DNA of 64,000 bases, from the NCBI RefSeq assembly GCF_018350175.1, contig NC_058368.1, positions 108,564,001 through 108,628,000 of the forward strand, written 5' to 3'. Positions 60,971-64,000 of this stretch are shown here, in pieces. The stretch's first letter is position 1. Every line of letters begins with the position of its first letter. Origin of the DNA: Felis catus. Lineage: Eukaryota. Below the pieces are notes generated by a model, which worked only from the letters and a program-made list of their open reading frames with translations, was not told where the DNA came from and made no database searches. Made by a program: the position numbers and the translations under genes.

Positions 60971-62904
60971 CTGGAGAAAAAATACAATAATAGATTATTC
61001 CATATATCACAAGAAGGTGACCAATAATTATTAATAACCAGTCTCTGGGGGCATGAGCTCTTGACACCCAACCAATATAGTTTCACTCTGTCCCTTATTA
61101 AACAAATCCAGAGGCCATTTAAAAATAAAAATAAAAATAAAAAGAGGAATAGCTAGCACACTCCTTCCTGGACATGCTGAGGTTACTCTCTGAAGTCAGA
61201 CAATGACATTCCACTGGGAAGTCCAGCAAAGATGGCTGACAGTAGCAACACAAGGCCTCTAACTCGAGCCATATAACCTGGAGGAGTCGATCCAGCTGTG
61301 CTCCTCATCCCTGTCTTCCTCAGCAACCACCCAGCAAGAAGATCCTCACATGTCCCTACCCACCCTTCCTTTGTGTTCTACTCCTCTATGCTGTAGCTAA
61401 ACCCAGGTTCTTCCTAATACAGGATTTTGGGATTCATAATCTATCCTCTGATCCCTACTAAAGACTCGGAGTATCAGTTCTCAGAGTCCAATCTCAACTC
61501 CAGCCGAATGTAACTACTTTCAGTTCCTTAACTACCTGATGATACTTTAAGCCCCTGTGCTTCTATTTATCATGGTGCCTCTGCCTAGAAAGCCTATACT
61601 CAGAATGCCTCTGAGGGCTTCAGATCATCCTTCAAAGCATCTCCCTATGTATCCCAACACAGTCCTACATATGTGAAAGTACCTATTGGACTTGTTTTAC
61701 CTATGTGACTTCCTTTATGAGATTACAAATTTCATAAAGACAACTATGTCTTTATCTCAATATTACCAACCACTAAGTTCATCTAACATATGACATCCAG
61801 TCAATCAACTTATTGAATAAATGAACCAATTAACTGCAGAACTTCATCTTTTTTGACATCGAATCAACAAGAAAAAAAGTGTCTGTTTAAATATAATACA
61901 GAAGCCCAATGTATAAAACAAAGAGAAGCAAAACTGTTATGTATAGATGAGCTGAAAAACTCAGAGCCCTATCTACTCTACCTCACATGCCTTATTTGAC
62001 AGCTACCCAAACTAATGAAAACCAAGAAAGCTAAGTTCTAATTCTGATTCTGCCAGTAGCTGTGTGAATATGAACAAGTCACTTATTCATCTGGCTAAGT
62101 CATTTTTATTACATGTAACATAAGCAAAATAGACCAGATCATTAAAAGGCTATCAAATTTTAGTGCTTACTGGAATCATTTTGAGAGTTCTTCAAATTGT
62201 GGATTTCTATACCATATCTCTAGAGAATGTAATTTTCCAGGTCTGAAGTAATTCTGGTGTAGGTGGTCAGAGGACCACCCATCAAGAAACCTTGGACTGG
62301 ATGTTACTGAAGGCCTCTTTCACATGGATGTACCATTCTCAAACTTCTATTTACCCATACCACCTCATCTATCACTTCTCTTTTGGATTCCTCTTGTGGT
62401 TCACTTTCACCACTTTTTTTCCCCTCTAATCAGCATTATTAATGATCAAACATCATAATGAGCAGGGGTCCTAGACCATCAAAAGTAAGCTTCATACTGC
62501 AGTCCTGATTAGATAACTGCCAAACTAGCTAAAACGTTAAATGCCAGGACTAAAAATAGGCCGTTACATGTTCAAAATAACACGATCACTAGTTAGCTTG
62601 GGGCTTTGCTATTTTTATTAAAGGAAAGGCACAGACAAATGGCCAGAAGTTGAAAGGGAATTACTTAAATGAAGAGGCTGCCAAATGAGGTGAGAGTCTA
62701 GAAAGAAGCCAGGAGGTGGCATAATTGGTCAGCATACATCAAGGGGTCTCTCTGAATCACATTAAAAATTTCAGTCTAAACACTTGGAAGAACTTCCCAG
62801 ACACATTTTAGTATTGATTTGTTGCATACTTAAGCCCAGAATTGTGATATTATCTCATGTCAGAGACTAATATGCACAGCCATAAAATTAAAAGACGTTT
62901 CTCT

Positions 62905-63610
62905 ATTTTTATTTTATTAAAAAATTTTTTTAAGGTTTATTTATTTTTGAGAGACAGAGAGAATCCCAAATCCTAAGCAGGCTCCACACTATCAGCCCCA
63001 ATGTGAGGCTCAAATTCATGAACCATGAGATCATGACCTGAGCCAAAATCAAGAGTAGGATGCTTAACCAACTGAGCCACCCAGGTGTCTCTCTCTGTTT
63101 TTATTTTTTAACTTTTTTTGTTACACCCAAAAAAATGTACATATATGTACTACAAAGCTTGATGGGTTTTCACAAACTTACCATATCTATGTAACCAGCA
63201 TTCAGATAATGAAACAGAACACTACTAGCACCCTAGAATTTCCTCTCATAATGCTTTCTAGTTAATAGTCACTCCCTAATGAGGACATCCACTATAGTGA
63301 TTTTCATCATAGTTTAGTTTTACCTAGCTTGGTACTAAATATAAGTAATGTGAAATGTACTCTATTGTGTCTGGCTCCTTATGTCATCAATATTGTTGCA
63401 TGTAACTGCACATTGTTGATGCTCACTGCTACACAGCACTCCCAATGAAAATGAATGTAACACAGTATTGATCCATTCTACTGCTGGTGGGCACTTGGAT
63501 TATTTCCTGTTTGGGTCTATTATCCAAGTGCTTCTATGAACATTCTAGTATACATCTGTTGATGAACATATATATACACATTATAGTTGGATATACTCTT
63601 GGAAGTGGGG
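62905..63610 (-). mobile_element. CanSINE (62905-63090) followed by an old L1M 3' end
   Basis: SINE motifs, then ttttcacaaact..catatctatgtaaccagca..atccattctactgctggtgggcacttgg. Confidence 0.82.
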
Positions 63611-63639
63611 CTCCATGGTCCAGGGAAATGGAATTGCAG

Positions 63640-64000
63640 GGTATCTTTTCATCTCAGTGAAATTTCTAGGGGCCTAGTGATATGAGAAATATACCTCCTA
63701 AAATAAATTGTAAGTTATTGCTCCTCCTACAACCAAAAACTGTTAAGTTGTTGCATCTGGCCCCTCCTACTGGGTCTTTTCAGATTTTGGAGTCAACACA
63801 TACCTCATTTGAGTATACTACTTCAACCCATTTACCAAGTACCTAAAGGCTACTGGTTTTGAGGAAGCCTTAGAATAGGAGAAGGTTCTACAACAGGTCC
63901 AGGCTACTGAGCAAGATGCTCTGACACTTGTACCAAAACATCTAGCAGATCCAGTGGTGCATGAAATGTCAGTGAGAAATATACATGTTTTATTGGATCC
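63640..64000 (+). mobile_element. ERVL-class internal (pol) fragment
   Basis: tcagtgaaatttctagggg, ggagaaggttctacaacaggtccaggct (EKVLQQVQA) and gcagatccagtggtgcatgaaatgtcagtg (ADPVVHEMSV) resemble ERVL pol; frames are disrupted. Confidence 0.8.

Noticed and set aside
1..64000. CRISPR array, operon, intact tRNA/rRNA genes or a prokaryotic-type system
   Set aside because: This is mammalian DNA. The tRNA-like A/B boxes belong to SINE heads, and I saw no regularly spaced repeat-spacer array.

Overview
Mammalian, repeat-rich genomic DNA from a felid (the carnivore tRNA-derived SINEs include very young cat-type copies, and there are cat-type L1 3' ends). The window holds the CpG-island promoter and first coding exon of FNIP1 on the minus strand ([30 protein letters not shown], 49431-49522). 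Everything from 1 to 49430 appears to be FNIP1 intron 1; I did not find exon 2. About 11 kb upstream, also on the minus strand, is the terminal exon of MEIKIN (DIIIKTNGRM*, 60939-60970) with its poly(A) signal. The rest is SINE, L1, L2, MIR, LTR and DNA-transposon remnants plus a 3'-truncated 7SK retropseudogene. I see no convincing new gene system. The best leads are: a two-ATG uORF in the FNIP1 leader; paired TCACGTGGC E-boxes in the promoter; an exact 32-bp templated insertion with a snap-back hairpin and several similar repair scars; and a convergent fusion of two L1s that keep their 5' ends but have lost their 3' ends. Gene and repeat-family names come from recalled sequence, not from a database search.
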